Shown piece by piece: positions 46,611 to 55,820 of a stretch of 64,000 bases of DNA; the stretch's first letter is position 1; every line of letters begins with the position of its first letter. Both the position numbers and the translations under genes were made by a program. Origin of the DNA: Dehalococcoidia bacterium (GTDB taxonomy: Bacteria; Chloroflexota; Dehalococcoidia; UBA6926); assembly GCA_963666115.2 (NCBI GenBank), contig CAXXET010000006.1, positions 224,001-288,000 on the forward strand, in the 5' to 3' direction. The notes under the pieces were generated by a model. It was not told where the DNA came from and did not search any database. It was given only the letters and a program-made list of their open reading frames with translations.

Positions 46611-47219
46611 CTATCCACAGCCATTCAAGTTTATCTGAGCCATTTCATTTCCCCATTGTACCCATCCTTCGCGTCGATGTCGGGCAAAGAGCTCCAGATG
46701 GGGACCAGGGCTGCATTGCTCAATGATGTCGTACAGTTCATCGGGTTTTCGGGAGTGCTCCCGTCGCTGCGTTGCTAACAGATTCACTTGGCGTCTCCCA
46801 GGGGAAAACGTCCTTAGGTGACCCTTGACCCCAAATAGAATCAGCTCTGTGACGTTGCGAAAGTAGAAGCCAACACCCCGTCCGTCTGCCCCGCCGTCCT
46901 TGCGTACCTTGAACCAGACGAGATTTGTCTTGTACTCAAAGCCCCAGTGCTTCAGCACCTCTAGGCCCGTCTCAACGAGGGCGTTCGGAACCCACAAATA
47001 GAGATGGCTCTGGCTGTCCGCCAGGTCAGGAACAGGAATGTCCTTGATCTCGTCATTGCTCATAGAAGGATAGCGGTGTAGACGGTGGTACTCGGGTGCT
47101 ATCCGGCCAGTCCGATTCTTGAACCTCCAGGGGGGATCGGCCAAGATCGTCCCATAGGAATCCTCGGCAAGTTCCCCGATTTCGCCAACATGTTGGGCAA
47201 TAGTTGCTATCGTAGCCAT
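46611..47219 (-). CDS. MT-A70 family N6-adenine methyltransferase
   Basis: ILADPPW, HLYLWVPN, WGFEYK, R..TE..LFG..G, HSRKP, LELFAR, WGNE. Confidence 0.93.
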   Translation of the reverse strand: MATIATIAQHVGEIGELAEDSYGTILADPPWRFKNRTGRIAPEYHRLHRYPSMSNDEIKDIPVPDLADSQSHLYLWVPNALVETGLEVLKHWGFEYKTNLVWFKVRKDGGADGRGVGFYFRNVTELILFGVKGHLRTFSPGRRQVNLLATQRREHSRKPDELYDIIEQCSPGPHLELFARHRREGWVQWGNEMAQINLNGCG

Positions 47220-47384
47220 AGGCCCCGCTCCCCGTAAGGCATAACAGCTCACCTCCCCGCTCACTGTGTTAAAGGGTATCACCCTACGCCTACCCCCTAC
47301 CACTCACACCCCCGCAGCTCCCGCTGCTGCGCAGTCTTCGTCTTGTTGGCTGGTGGCGCCGCCTCGCCTGTGGCGATGACTTTT

Positions 47385-47498
47385 GCCCTCCTTAAAGGGT
47401 GACGAGGTACTTGCGGCGTTTGCGGTTGGTGAGCAGGGCTCGGTTGGCGGGGCGGAGGGCGCCGGGGTGGCGGTGGGGTTGTGGGGTTGGTTCGTCAT
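47385..47498 (-). pseudogene. Degenerate duplicate of the trmI 5' end
   Basis: 114-bp direct repeat of 43985-44098, roughly 85% identical with one insertion and one deletion; begins MTNQPHNP like TrmI. Confidence 0.88.
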
Positions 47499-47532
47499 CG
47501 TGTGCATCCGCTGATTTCGGGCAAAGAAAAAG

Positions 47533-47650
47533 CCCCGGCAACGACCTATTTTCCACAGAGGGCTGCCCCTCCAGTATCGTCGGCGCTGAAACGTTTCACT
47601 TCCGTGTTCGGGATGGGAACGGGTGGGTCCGCTTCGCCAGAGTCACCGGG
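47533..47650 (-). rRNA. rrf: 5S rRNA (stand-alone)
   Basis: Minus strand CCCGGTGAC...CCACCCGTTCCCATCCCGAACACGGAAGTGAAAC...GCGCCGACGATACT...AATAGGTCGTTGCCGGG; no 23S upstream. Confidence 0.93.
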
Positions 47651-47659
47651 ACGGAGACC

Positions 47660-47668
47660 AGTATAGCA
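47660..47668 (-). promoter_or_regulatory. Extended -10 promoter of the 5S gene
   Basis: TGcTATACT about 10 bp upstream of the 5S 5' end. Confidence 0.65.
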
Positions 47669-47752
47669 TTGTGGGCGGGCGTTTGCCGCTGTTAACGCAA
47701 GCCATGTATCATTGCCGAAAGCTTAGCGACGCGGAACAGGGGACGGCTCCGG

Positions 47753-50050
47753 ATGCCGATTTTTCGATACGGCCGGTGGGATAACACGCAGGAGCCTTTC
47801 GGCGCGGCGCCGGAAGACCTGATGGAGGCCATCTCCGACGACCTCGCGGCGCACGGGGACATCCGCCGCGCCCTCCGCCGCATGATGATGCGCGGCTACG
47901 ACATGCAGGACGGCCGGAACATCGACGGCATTCGCCAGATGACCGAACGCCTCCGCCAACAGCGGCAGGACTATCTCGACCGCTATGACCTGAACTCCGT
48001 CCTGGACGGCATCCGCGAGACGCTGCAGGAGATCCGCGACCTCGAACGAGACACCCTCGAACAGCGGATGCAGGACGCGCGCAACGCCATGCGGGACGCT
48101 TCCGATACCGACCAGGACGGCGGGAACGCTCCATCCGAATCGCAGCAAGGGCAGTCTCCGCAGCAGGACCCGGGCAACGAGCAGGCAGGTTCAGGACGGC
48201 AGGCGGCCGAGGAGGAACTCCAGCGATTCCTCGAACAGCTCGAGCGGGAGCTTGGGTCTCGCCAGGACCGAGAAAACTCCGATGGGGAGTCAGACTCCGG
48301 CGAGCAGTCCGGGCAGCAGGACGGCGGCCAGCAGGGCGATCAGCAGCAGGGCGCGGGTCAGCGCTCGCAGCGTGGGCAGGGCATGGACCGGATGACGGCG
48401 CAGGCTCTGGAGAACATGGCGCAGCGCAAGATGGACTTCATGGACTCGCTGCCCAACGATCCGGGCGGGGCCATCAAGGAACTGAGCGACTACGACTTCA
48501 TGGACGAAGAGGCGCGGGAGAAATTCCAGGAGCTGCTGGATTCGCTCCGCCAGCAGGCCGCGCAGTCCTACATGCAGAACATGATGCAGCAGATGCAGGG
48601 CATGACGCCTGAGCAGATGGACGCGAACAAGCAGATGATGCGCGACCTGAACGACATGCTGCGCGACTACGCGCAGGGCAACCAGCCGAACTTCGATGAG
48701 TTCATGGAGAAGTGGGGCAGCATGTTCGGCGACAACCCGCCCCGCGACATCGAGGAACTGCTGGAGCGGCTCATGGAGCAGATGTCACAGTTCCAATCCC
48801 TGATGGACAGCCTGCCGGAGGACATGCGTCAGCAACTGCAGGAGACGATGGAGGCGGCGCTCAACGATCCCGAACTCATCCAGGAGATGGCGGAGCTTTC
48901 ATCGCTGATGGAAACGCTGATGCCGATGCAGGAGATGCGGCAGGATTACCCGTTCGCAGGTGACGAGTCGCTATCCCTGCAAGAGGCGATGCGGCTGATG
49001 GACCAGCTCCAGCAAATCGACGACCTGGAGGCGCAGCTTCGTGCCGCCGAACGGCGCGGCGAACTTGACGACATCGACCGCGAGCAGGTGGAGAATCTCA
49101 TCGGCGAGGATGCCGCCCGCGATCTCGATTGGCTGCGCGAACTACAGGAGCAGCTCGAAAGGGCGGGCTATATCCGCAAGAACGGCGACAAGCTGGAACT
49201 GACGCCGCGCGGCATTCGCAAGATCGGCGAAAAGGCGCTCAAGGACATCTTCAACCGGCTCCGCAGCGCCGGCCTCGGCGCGCATGAGATGCAGAAGAAC
49301 GGCCTCTTTGGCGAGAAGGACGAGGAGTCCACGAAGATCTACGAATTCGGGGATCACTTTGACGTCCACATGACGCGGACGGTCAAGAACGCCGTCATGC
49401 GGGGCGGGCCTGGCACGCCGCTCAGGATCGCGCCGGACGACTTCGAGGTCTACCGCGACGAGACGTTGACGCAGGCGAGCACCGTCATCCTGCTCGACCA
49501 GAGCCGCTCCATGGCCATCAGCGGGAGCTTCGACGCCGCCAAGCGCATGGCGCTCGCCCTCCACACGCTGATCAAGATGCAGTTCCCGCGCGACAACCTG
49601 TACGTGGTCGGATTCGCTGACTACGCGTGGGAACTCAAGGGCGATGAACTGGTCAAGGCGACGTGGGGCGGGTATTCGCCCGGCACGAACATGCAGCACG
49701 CGCTGATGATCTCCCGCAACCTGCTGGCCAAGCACCGCTCCAGCACGCGGCAGGTGATCATGGTGACGGACGGCGAGCCGACGGCGCACCTGGAGGGCGG
49801 CGCGCCGTACTTCACGTATCCGCCCAGCCAGCGCACCATCGACATGACGCTGCGCGAGGTCAAGCGCTGCACGCAGGAGGGCATCACCATCAACGTGTTC
49901 ATGCTGGAGATGGCGTATTACCTGGTCAACTTCGTGCGGCAGATGACGCGCCTGAACCGCGGGCGGGCGTTCTTCACGCAGCCGGACAAGCTCGGCCAGT
50001 ACGTGCTCGTCGATTACCTCAACAACAAGCGCAGCGCGCTCGCGTCCTGA
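47753..50050 (+). CDS. VWA domain-containing protein with long helical Gln/Met-rich N-terminus
   Basis: MIDAS DQSRS, GTNMQHAL, VTDGEPT; LELTPRGIRKIGEKAL. Confidence 0.9.
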   Translation: MPIFRYGRWDNTQEPFGAAPEDLMEAISDDLAAHGDIRRALRRMMMRGYDMQDGRNIDGIRQMTERLRQQRQDYLDRYDLNSVLDGIRETLQEIRDLERDTLEQRMQDARNAMRDASDTDQDGGNAPSESQQGQSPQQDPGNEQAGSGRQAAEEELQRFLEQLERELGSRQDRENSDGESDSGEQSGQQDGGQQGDQQQGAGQRSQRGQGMDRMTAQALENMAQRKMDFMDSLPNDPGGAIKELSDYDFMDEEAREKFQELLDSLRQQAAQSYMQNMMQQMQGMTPEQMDANKQMMRDLNDMLRDYAQGNQPNFDEFMEKWGSMFGDNPPRDIEELLERLMEQMSQFQSLMDSLPEDMRQQLQETMEAALNDPELIQEMAELSSLMETLMPMQEMRQDYPFAGDESLSLQEAMRLMDQLQQIDDLEAQLRAAERRGELDDIDREQVENLIGEDAARDLDWLRELQEQLERAGYIRKNGDKLELTPRGIRKIGEKALKDIFNRLRSAGLGAHEMQKNGLFGEKDEESTKIYEFGDHFDVHMTRTVKNAVMRGGPGTPLRIAPDDFEVYRDETLTQASTVILLDQSRSMAISGSFDAAKRMALALHTLIKMQFPRDNLYVVGFADYAWELKGDELVKATWGGYSPGTNMQHALMISRNLLAKHRSSTRQVIMVTDGEPTAHLEGGAPYFTYPPSQRTIDMTLREVKRCTQEGITINVFMLEMAYYLVNFVRQMTRLNRGRAFFTQPDKLGQYVLVDYLNNKRSALAS

Positions 50051-50061
50051 CCGCCACGCGA

Positions 50062-50856
50062 ATGGGCAGCGACCTCACCCGCATCTCCGCCGCGCTGGAC
50101 GAGTCCGCCGAACTGGCGGGCACGTTCTCGCCGTCGTCCGTCTACGTCCAGCACAAGGGCTGGGACGGCCCGGTGACGGAGGCGGACCACGCGCTCGATG
50201 AGCTGCTGCACGGGGCGCTCGTGCGCCCGGGCGAGGGGTGGCTGTCCGAGGAGACGCATGACGACGGCCACCGCATCGGCATGGAGCGCGTGTGGGTGGT
50301 CGATCCGATAGACGGCACGCGCGGCTTCCTGGCCGGGCTGCCCGAATGGTGCGTGTCTGTCGCGATGTCCGTGAACGGGGAGATTGCCGCTGCGGGGATA
50401 CTCAATCCGTGGGCGAACGAGACGTACCTGGCCGAGCGCGGCGGCGGCATGATGCTGAACGGCGAAACGGCGCGGGTGAACGACCATGACGCGCTGTCGT
50501 CCGACGTGACGGTTCTCGGCTCCCGCAGCGAGATACGGTGGGGTTCGTGGAATCGCTTCCGGGGCGCGCCGTTCAAGGTCCAGGCGATCGGTTCCATCGC
50601 GTACAAGATGGCGCTGGTGGCGGCGGGCAAGGCGGACGCGGTGATCAGCCTCGACCCCAAGAATGAGTGGGATGTCGCGGCGGGCGCGCTCCTGGTTGAG
50701 GCGGCTGGCGGCGTGGTGACGGACTTGCGCGGACGTCCCATGCGGTTCAACCAGCGCGATACGCTGATTGGCGGTGTGATTGCGGCGGGGCCGGGCACCT
50801 ATGCCGCTATTTGGGACTTGATGACGCGACGCCCGCACGGGGCATCAGACGGTTAG
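50062..50856 (+). CDS. Inositol monophosphatase / CysQ family protein
   Basis: PVTEAD, WLSEE, WVVDPIDGT, EWDVAAG. Confidence 0.92.
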   Translation: MGSDLTRISAALDESAELAGTFSPSSVYVQHKGWDGPVTEADHALDELLHGALVRPGEGWLSEETHDDGHRIGMERVWVVDPIDGTRGFLAGLPEWCVSVAMSVNGEIAAAGILNPWANETYLAERGGGMMLNGETARVNDHDALSSDVTVLGSRSEIRWGSWNRFRGAPFKVQAIGSIAYKMALVAAGKADAVISLDPKNEWDVAAGALLVEAAGGVVTDLRGRPMRFNQRDTLIGGVIAAGPGTYAAIWDLMTRRPHGASDG

Positions 50857-50867
50857 TGTCAGGTGTT

Positions 50868-51095
50868 TCAACCGGGGCCGTGACCGGCGTGGCCGCCGCC
50901 CCCGGGCATTGGCATGTTGGAGAAGTCCATGCCGCCGGGCGCGGCGCTCCCAACGCCGAACGATGAAATGACCTTGTGAACGTCCGTGGAGCCGCAGCCG
51001 GGGCACTCAACCTCGCTTGGCTCCGCGTTAATGCTGCGGATCAGCTTCTCAAAATGGCCGTCGCAGGCACGGCATTCGTATTCAAAGAGGGGCAT
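50868..51095 (-). CDS. FmdB-family zinc ribbon protein
   Basis: MPLFEYECRAC...CPGCGS. Confidence 0.88.
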   Translation of the reverse strand: MPLFEYECRACDGHFEKLIRSINAEPSEVECPGCGSTDVHKVISSFGVGSAAPGGMDFSNMPMPGGGGHAGHGPG

Positions 51096-51098
51096 TGC

Positions 51099-51329
51099 TC
51101 AGGCAATGCAGCGGAACGGGTCGTCGGGCCGCACCCGCTGGGGCTTCGGCATCGTGAAGTCGGGGACGCTGCTCTGCCAGACGCCGGTGACGCCGACGGC
51201 TGATATTTTGCGCTCCACCTCTTCGCTGTCGCAGGAGGGACAGGCGACGGCGGCGGGCGCGTTGTAGCCGCGCACGAACTTGTCAAAGCCGTTGCCGCAG
51301 GTTTTGCAACCGTATTCGAAGATGGGCAT
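51099..51329 (-). CDS. FmdB-family zinc ribbon protein
   Basis: MPIFEYGCKTC...CPSCDS; RBS AGGGAGG. Confidence 0.88.
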   Translation of the reverse strand: MPIFEYGCKTCGNGFDKFVRGYNAPAAVACPSCDSEEVERKISAVGVTGVWQSSVPDFTMPKPQRVRPDDPFRCIA

Positions 51330-51384
51330 CTCTGTTGCGCCTCCCTGCTGCGGATTATAGACGGGGCGGTGTAGGGGGGGCAAG

Positions 51385-51534
51385 TTCACCCTTCGACAAG
51401 CTCAGGGTGAATGAGGGGGGCTCAGGGTGAACGGCGGGGGCTGTCATTCTGAGGGGTGTAGCCCCGAAGAATCCAGGGGCGTATTTGGTTGCACAATTGC
51501 GGCTTTGGATTCTTCGCTGCGCTCAGAATGACAG
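51385..51534. repeat. Composite palindromic repeat cluster
   Basis: TTCACCCTTCGACAAGCTCAGGGTGAA hairpin plus half copy, then a 94-bp element with inverted termini CTGTCATTCTGA...TCAGAATGACAG. Confidence 0.8.
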
Positions 51535-51649
51535 GGGATCCGGGAAATATCACCGTAATAACAGCGAAAATGGCAAAAGATCACGGATATATCGTTGACA
51601 GTCGTGGTATTGTTTGGGCATAGCCATTTAATCCTGGATTGGCGGGCGA

Positions 51650-54600
51650 ATGATTTCATCGGTTGGCGGGGTTGTGGGGTCTTGGCGAATCATCGTCCTG
51701 GGGTTGTTTGCCCTGGGGGCGGTGGTGTGGGCCGCGCAGCCCGTTGCGGCGTCGTCGCCGCCCGCCACGCCTGATTCCGTTACGGTGACCCGCGCCGACG
51801 GCACGCTCACCGCATCGTGGGTCGGCGTCTTCGGGGCGACCAGCTACCACATCACCTACAGTTCAGACGCCGGCGCAAGCTGGAGCCTCGCCGCCTTCAG
51901 CTACTCGCCTACCACCATCACCATCAGCAACATCTCCAACTCCAGCACGTACATCGTGGGTGTCCGCGCCTATAATCCCTCGGGCTGGAGCGGCTGGCGC
52001 AATTCCCCCTCCTCGCCGCCGTACTCCACTCTGCCCCCGCAGCCTCCGCCCACCTCGCCCCCCGCCAGCGTTGACGGTATCGCCACAACCCGCGCCGACG
52101 GAACGCTGACCGCAACGTGGACGTCCGTCCCAACCGCCACGCACTACCACATCACCTACTCGTCCAACGGCGGCGGAAGCTGGAGCCTTGCCGCCTACGC
52201 CCATCCCGCAGGCTCCCCCACAACCGGCATCACCTTCGGCGTCCACAACTCCAACACATATGTCGTGGGGGTGCGCGCGTGGAACGCGGCCGGCTGGAGC
52301 GGCTGGACGAACTCCGCGCCAAGCAATCCCTACTATGTGAACCCCCCGGCATTCCCGCCGCCCGCCATCTCCTCAATTACCACCTCCCGCAGCGCCGGCT
52401 CGCTCACCGCCACCTGGGACGCCGTGGGCACCGCGTCCAAGTACCACGTGAACTATTCGTCCAACGGCGGCGCGAGCTGGACCGCCGTCACCATGAACCA
52501 CCCCGCCGCGTCGCCCAAGACGAGCATCGTCATCAGCGTCGACCAGGCCAAGACCTATATCGTGGCCGCCCGCGCCGGCAACCACAGCGGATGGAGCGGC
52601 TGGACGAACTCATCGCCGGCCGAACCCGTCGGCCTCGATGCGCCCGCCACCGTCACGCTGGCGCACAACGGCACGACACTCGCGGCATCGTGGGATGCCG
52701 TGGACGATGCCTTCTGCTACGACGTCGAAATGCGGGACGGGCAGGGCGGCAGTTGGCTCCCCGTGCTTGTCGGCGCAACCGGAACCTCCGCGACCATCAC
52801 CGCGCCGAATCATCGCAGCAGCTACCAGATCCGCGTCCAGGCCCTCACTGAGGAAAACGCCGGCAGCCCCTGGACCGAGTCCTCCATGGCGCATCCGTCC
52901 ATGCAGCCCCCCGCCACTCCCTACTGGCTCAACCTCAGCCGCACCGGCCACGACACCGTGAAGGCCACGTGGAACGCCGTCTCCAACCAGACCGGCTACA
53001 CCGTCCAGTACAGCGGCGACAACTGGGCCACGCAGAGTTCCACGACTCTGGCCGCCGCCGATTCTTCCGCATTCTTCAACATGGACCTCACCAAGACATG
53101 GGTCGCCCGCGTCAAGGCCACCAACGTTTATGGCGACAGCCAGTGGAGATACTCCACCGCAATGGGACCGCCCCAGTTGACCGCCGAGGGCTTTTGGGAC
53201 TACGGCGAAATCAAGCTCACCAACTTCGGCGGCAACTGGTACTACAAGGCAAACGTCGGCCCACACGCCACCTGTCAGGGCCCCGTCTCCGGCGGCAGCC
53301 TGACCGTCAGCGGCCTCGCCAACGCCACGGAATACACATACAGCGTCCATGACAACGAAACCTGCGATGCCGTCACCGACGACGACGAAGAAACCTTCGA
53401 CACGACGCCGGTGAGCGTGAGCAACCTGGCCGAGACGACGGCTGGGACGGTCGGCATTGTCGGCAGGTACAGCAATACGGTCTACAGGCACGCCTCCGCC
53501 TTTAGCACGGGTTCCAACAGCGGCGGTTATGATCTGTCAAGCGTCACACTCGGTGTATGGCAGATTCAGGGTTCGCCTACGGCGCTCAACCTAACAATCC
53601 ACGCGGACAGCGGCGGCAACCCGGCCGGAAGCGCAACCCATACCCTGACGGGAACGTCGCCAACCGCAGGGGGCGACCACACCTACACGTGCCCCGGCAC
53701 CTGCAAGCTGGAACCCAACACGGTCTACCATCTGGTCATAGCCGCCAGCCTCCCCGCCTCAGGCAACCACTACTATGGCATCGACCGCACGACCTCCGAC
53801 AACCAGACGAACACGCCCTCTACAGCCGGCTGGTCCATCGGGAACGTGTATAAGTACAATTGGCCCGGCTTCAATTTCTGGAACACCAACACCGATTCAT
53901 ACATCCACCAGTTCACTGTGAATGCCACACCCATCGACCCCGATGCGCGCACCGTGGACAACCTCGGCGAGACGAAGGTCGGGACCAGCGCAGTCGGCAT
54001 GATTGATGGAACCGCCTACTCGCGAGCATCCGCCTTCACCACGGGTTCCGTCAGTGACGGGTACAAGCTGCAGGGTGTCACAATCAGCGTGGAGACCACC
54101 ACCGGCTCGCCCACGGGATTTACCGCGGCGATCCATCGGGCCAGCGGCAGCAGCCCGGCGTCCGCCGCGCTCTATACGCTGACCGGAACGACGCCGGCGG
54201 CGGGGGGAGGCGACTACACCTTCTCCTGCTCCGGAACCTGTTCCCTGTCGGCCAACACGACCTACTACCTGGTGATGAGTGGAACCGGCCCCAGCACGGG
54301 CCACCACTACTACGCCATCGACGAAACGACGTCGGACACCGAGACGAACACCCCGTCCTCCGCCGGTTGGTCCATTGCCAACGTCTCCAAGACCAGTTAC
54401 GGCGGCGGCGGCTGGAGTGACAATGGCCAATCGCGCATCCACCAATTCTCGGTGACGGCCAAGGAGGTCTCCATCCCCACGGCGGTCGCGGGCCCGGTTG
54501 GATTCAGCACCCTCACGCCCTTGAACCTGCTCACCGCCACCAATGTTGCGGACACAAGCCTCACGCTGAATATCTACAGTGGCTACACCAAGTTGGGTTG

Positions 54601-55777
54601 GTACTACTCGCGGATCGGCGGCGGCCCCACCGACCAGTGCGTCGCGGTTTCAGGCCACAGCGTGAATCTGACGGGGCTGACGGCAACGACGCGCTACGAA
54701 TACATCGCCTACTACGGCCCGTGGTGCCTGTCGTCCCAGATCATTGGCAGGACGTGGGTTACAACGGCGGACGCCGGTGTGGGCAACCTGACGCATAACC
54801 TGGACGGCGGCTGCGTCATCGGCAAGCCGAGCGGCTCGACCCATCGCCAGTGCGCCGCGGCGTTCACCACCGGCGCGAACCCCAACGGCGGATACTTCCT
54901 GCACTCCGCAGCCGTCCAGCTGGGCATCGACAGCGGCGGGACCGTTTCTACCAAGGTCGCACTCCACGCGGCTGACGGCAACGGGGCGCCGGAGACGCAG
55001 CCGATGGCCATGCTCGGCAGCACCGGCTCAAAGGCGCGCGGCGCCTACACCTTCACCTGCCTCAACAAGGGCACCTGCAACCTGGAGGAGAAGACCACGT
55101 ACTTCATCGTCGTCTCCGCGCCCTACTCCGCCTATAACTTCTGGCGCCACTGGGAGACCCGCAATTCCGGCCAGGAGTACCGCTGGCCCGCAGACCTCAA
55201 CTGGGCAATCACCGGCGGCGCGATGTACAAGCTCGGCAACGGCGACTGGACGGAAGACCCCTCCGGCAAGACGCCCGTGTTCCACGTGGCCGTCAGTGAG
55301 ACCGGCGGCGGCACGCTCACCGCGCAGACGATAGAGGCGACGGAGGCATCTCTTCGCATCAGCGGACACACCGGCGCCTGGTACTTCAACAGCAACAAGT
55401 CGCCGTACAACAGCACGTGCACCGCCATTAGCAGCGGCACCCGCGTCGACGTCACCGGGCTGTCGGGTGAAACGCACTACGTCTTCACGGCGTACAGCGA
55501 CAGTTCCTGCACGACACCGATCGCGTCCACGCAGTTCACCACGCTACGGGCGGCGAGCCTGACGGCCACGGTGAACAGCGACGACACGGTCTACCTGACG
55601 CTGTCCGACGGCCCGGATGACTGGTGGTTCAGGATCGGCCACGGTTGCCACGCGGTAAGCGGAAACAGGTATCCCACCACCGGCGGCATAGGCGGCTACA
55701 CGGGAACCCACACGGTGACGGCCTATTCAGACAACACCTGCACAACGCAGATAGCATCAACGACGTTCACGGTATGA
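51650..55777 (+). CDS. Large secreted fibronectin type III repeat protein
   Basis: Signal peptide; five FN3 repeats (L.A.W...YH.TYSS.GG.SW...Y.VGVRA.N..GWS.W); three AFTTG..GY.L beta domains; Cys-paired modules. Confidence 0.88.
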   Translation: MISSVGGVVGSWRIIVLGLFALGAVVWAAQPVAASSPPATPDSVTVTRADGTLTASWVGVFGATSYHITYSSDAGASWSLAAFSYSPTTITISNISNSSTYIVGVRAYNPSGWSGWRNSPSSPPYSTLPPQPPPTSPPASVDGIATTRADGTLTATWTSVPTATHYHITYSSNGGGSWSLAAYAHPAGSPTTGITFGVHNSNTYVVGVRAWNAAGWSGWTNSAPSNPYYVNPPAFPPPAISSITTSRSAGSLTATWDAVGTASKYHVNYSSNGGASWTAVTMNHPAASPKTSIVISVDQAKTYIVAARAGNHSGWSGWTNSSPAEPVGLDAPATVTLAHNGTTLAASWDAVDDAFCYDVEMRDGQGGSWLPVLVGATGTSATITAPNHRSSYQIRVQALTEENAGSPWTESSMAHPSMQPPATPYWLNLSRTGHDTVKATWNAVSNQTGYTVQYSGDNWATQSSTTLAAADSSAFFNMDLTKTWVARVKATNVYGDSQWRYSTAMGPPQLTAEGFWDYGEIKLTNFGGNWYYKANVGPHATCQGPVSGGSLTVSGLANATEYTYSVHDNETCDAVTDDDEETFDTTPVSVSNLAETTAGTVGIVGRYSNTVYRHASAFSTGSNSGGYDLSSVTLGVWQIQGSPTALNLTIHADSGGNPAGSATHTLTGTSPTAGGDHTYTCPGTCKLEPNTVYHLVIAASLPASGNHYYGIDRTTSDNQTNTPSTAGWSIGNVYKYNWPGFNFWNTNTDSYIHQFTVNATPIDPDARTVDNLGETKVGTSAVGMIDGTAYSRASAFTTGSVSDGYKLQGVTISVETTTGSPTGFTAAIHRASGSSPASAALYTLTGTTPAAGGGDYTFSCSGTCSLSANTTYYLVMSGTGPSTGHHYYAIDETTSDTETNTPSSAGWSIANVSKTSYGGGGWSDNGQSRIHQFSVTAKEVSIPTAVAGPVGFSTLTPLNLLTATNVADTSLTLNIYSGYTKLGWYYSRIGGGPTDQCVAVSGHSVNLTGLTATTRYEYIAYYGPWCLSSQIIGRTWVTTADAGVGNLTHNLDGGCVIGKPSGSTHRQCAAAFTTGANPNGGYFLHSAAVQLGIDSGGTVSTKVALHAADGNGAPETQPMAMLGSTGSKARGAYTFTCLNKGTCNLEEKTTYFIVVSAPYSAYNFWRHWETRNSGQEYRWPADLNWAITGGAMYKLGNGDWTEDPSGKTPVFHVAVSETGGGTLTAQTIEATEASLRISGHTGAWYFNSNKSPYNSTCTAISSGTRVDVTGLSGETHYVFTAYSDSSCTTPIASTQFTTLRAASLTATVNSDDTVYLTLSDGPDDWWFRIGHGCHAVSGNRYPTTGGIGGYTGTHTVTAYSDNTCTTQIASTTFTV

Positions 55778-55820
55778 CGCGCGGCTACTCCTTCCCGAAT
55801 GCACGTTCGGATGGCGCGCC

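Noticed and set aside
46611-47219. MT-A70 as an RNA m6A writer (METTL3-like) acting on the adjacent 5S rRNA
   Set aside because: Operon with a nuclease fusion and island context favour a DNA methyltransferase; nothing in the sequence supports an RNA substrate
51595-51630. TTGACA as the -35 of the FN3 promoter
   Set aside because: No convincing -10 hexamer at 16-18 bp spacing
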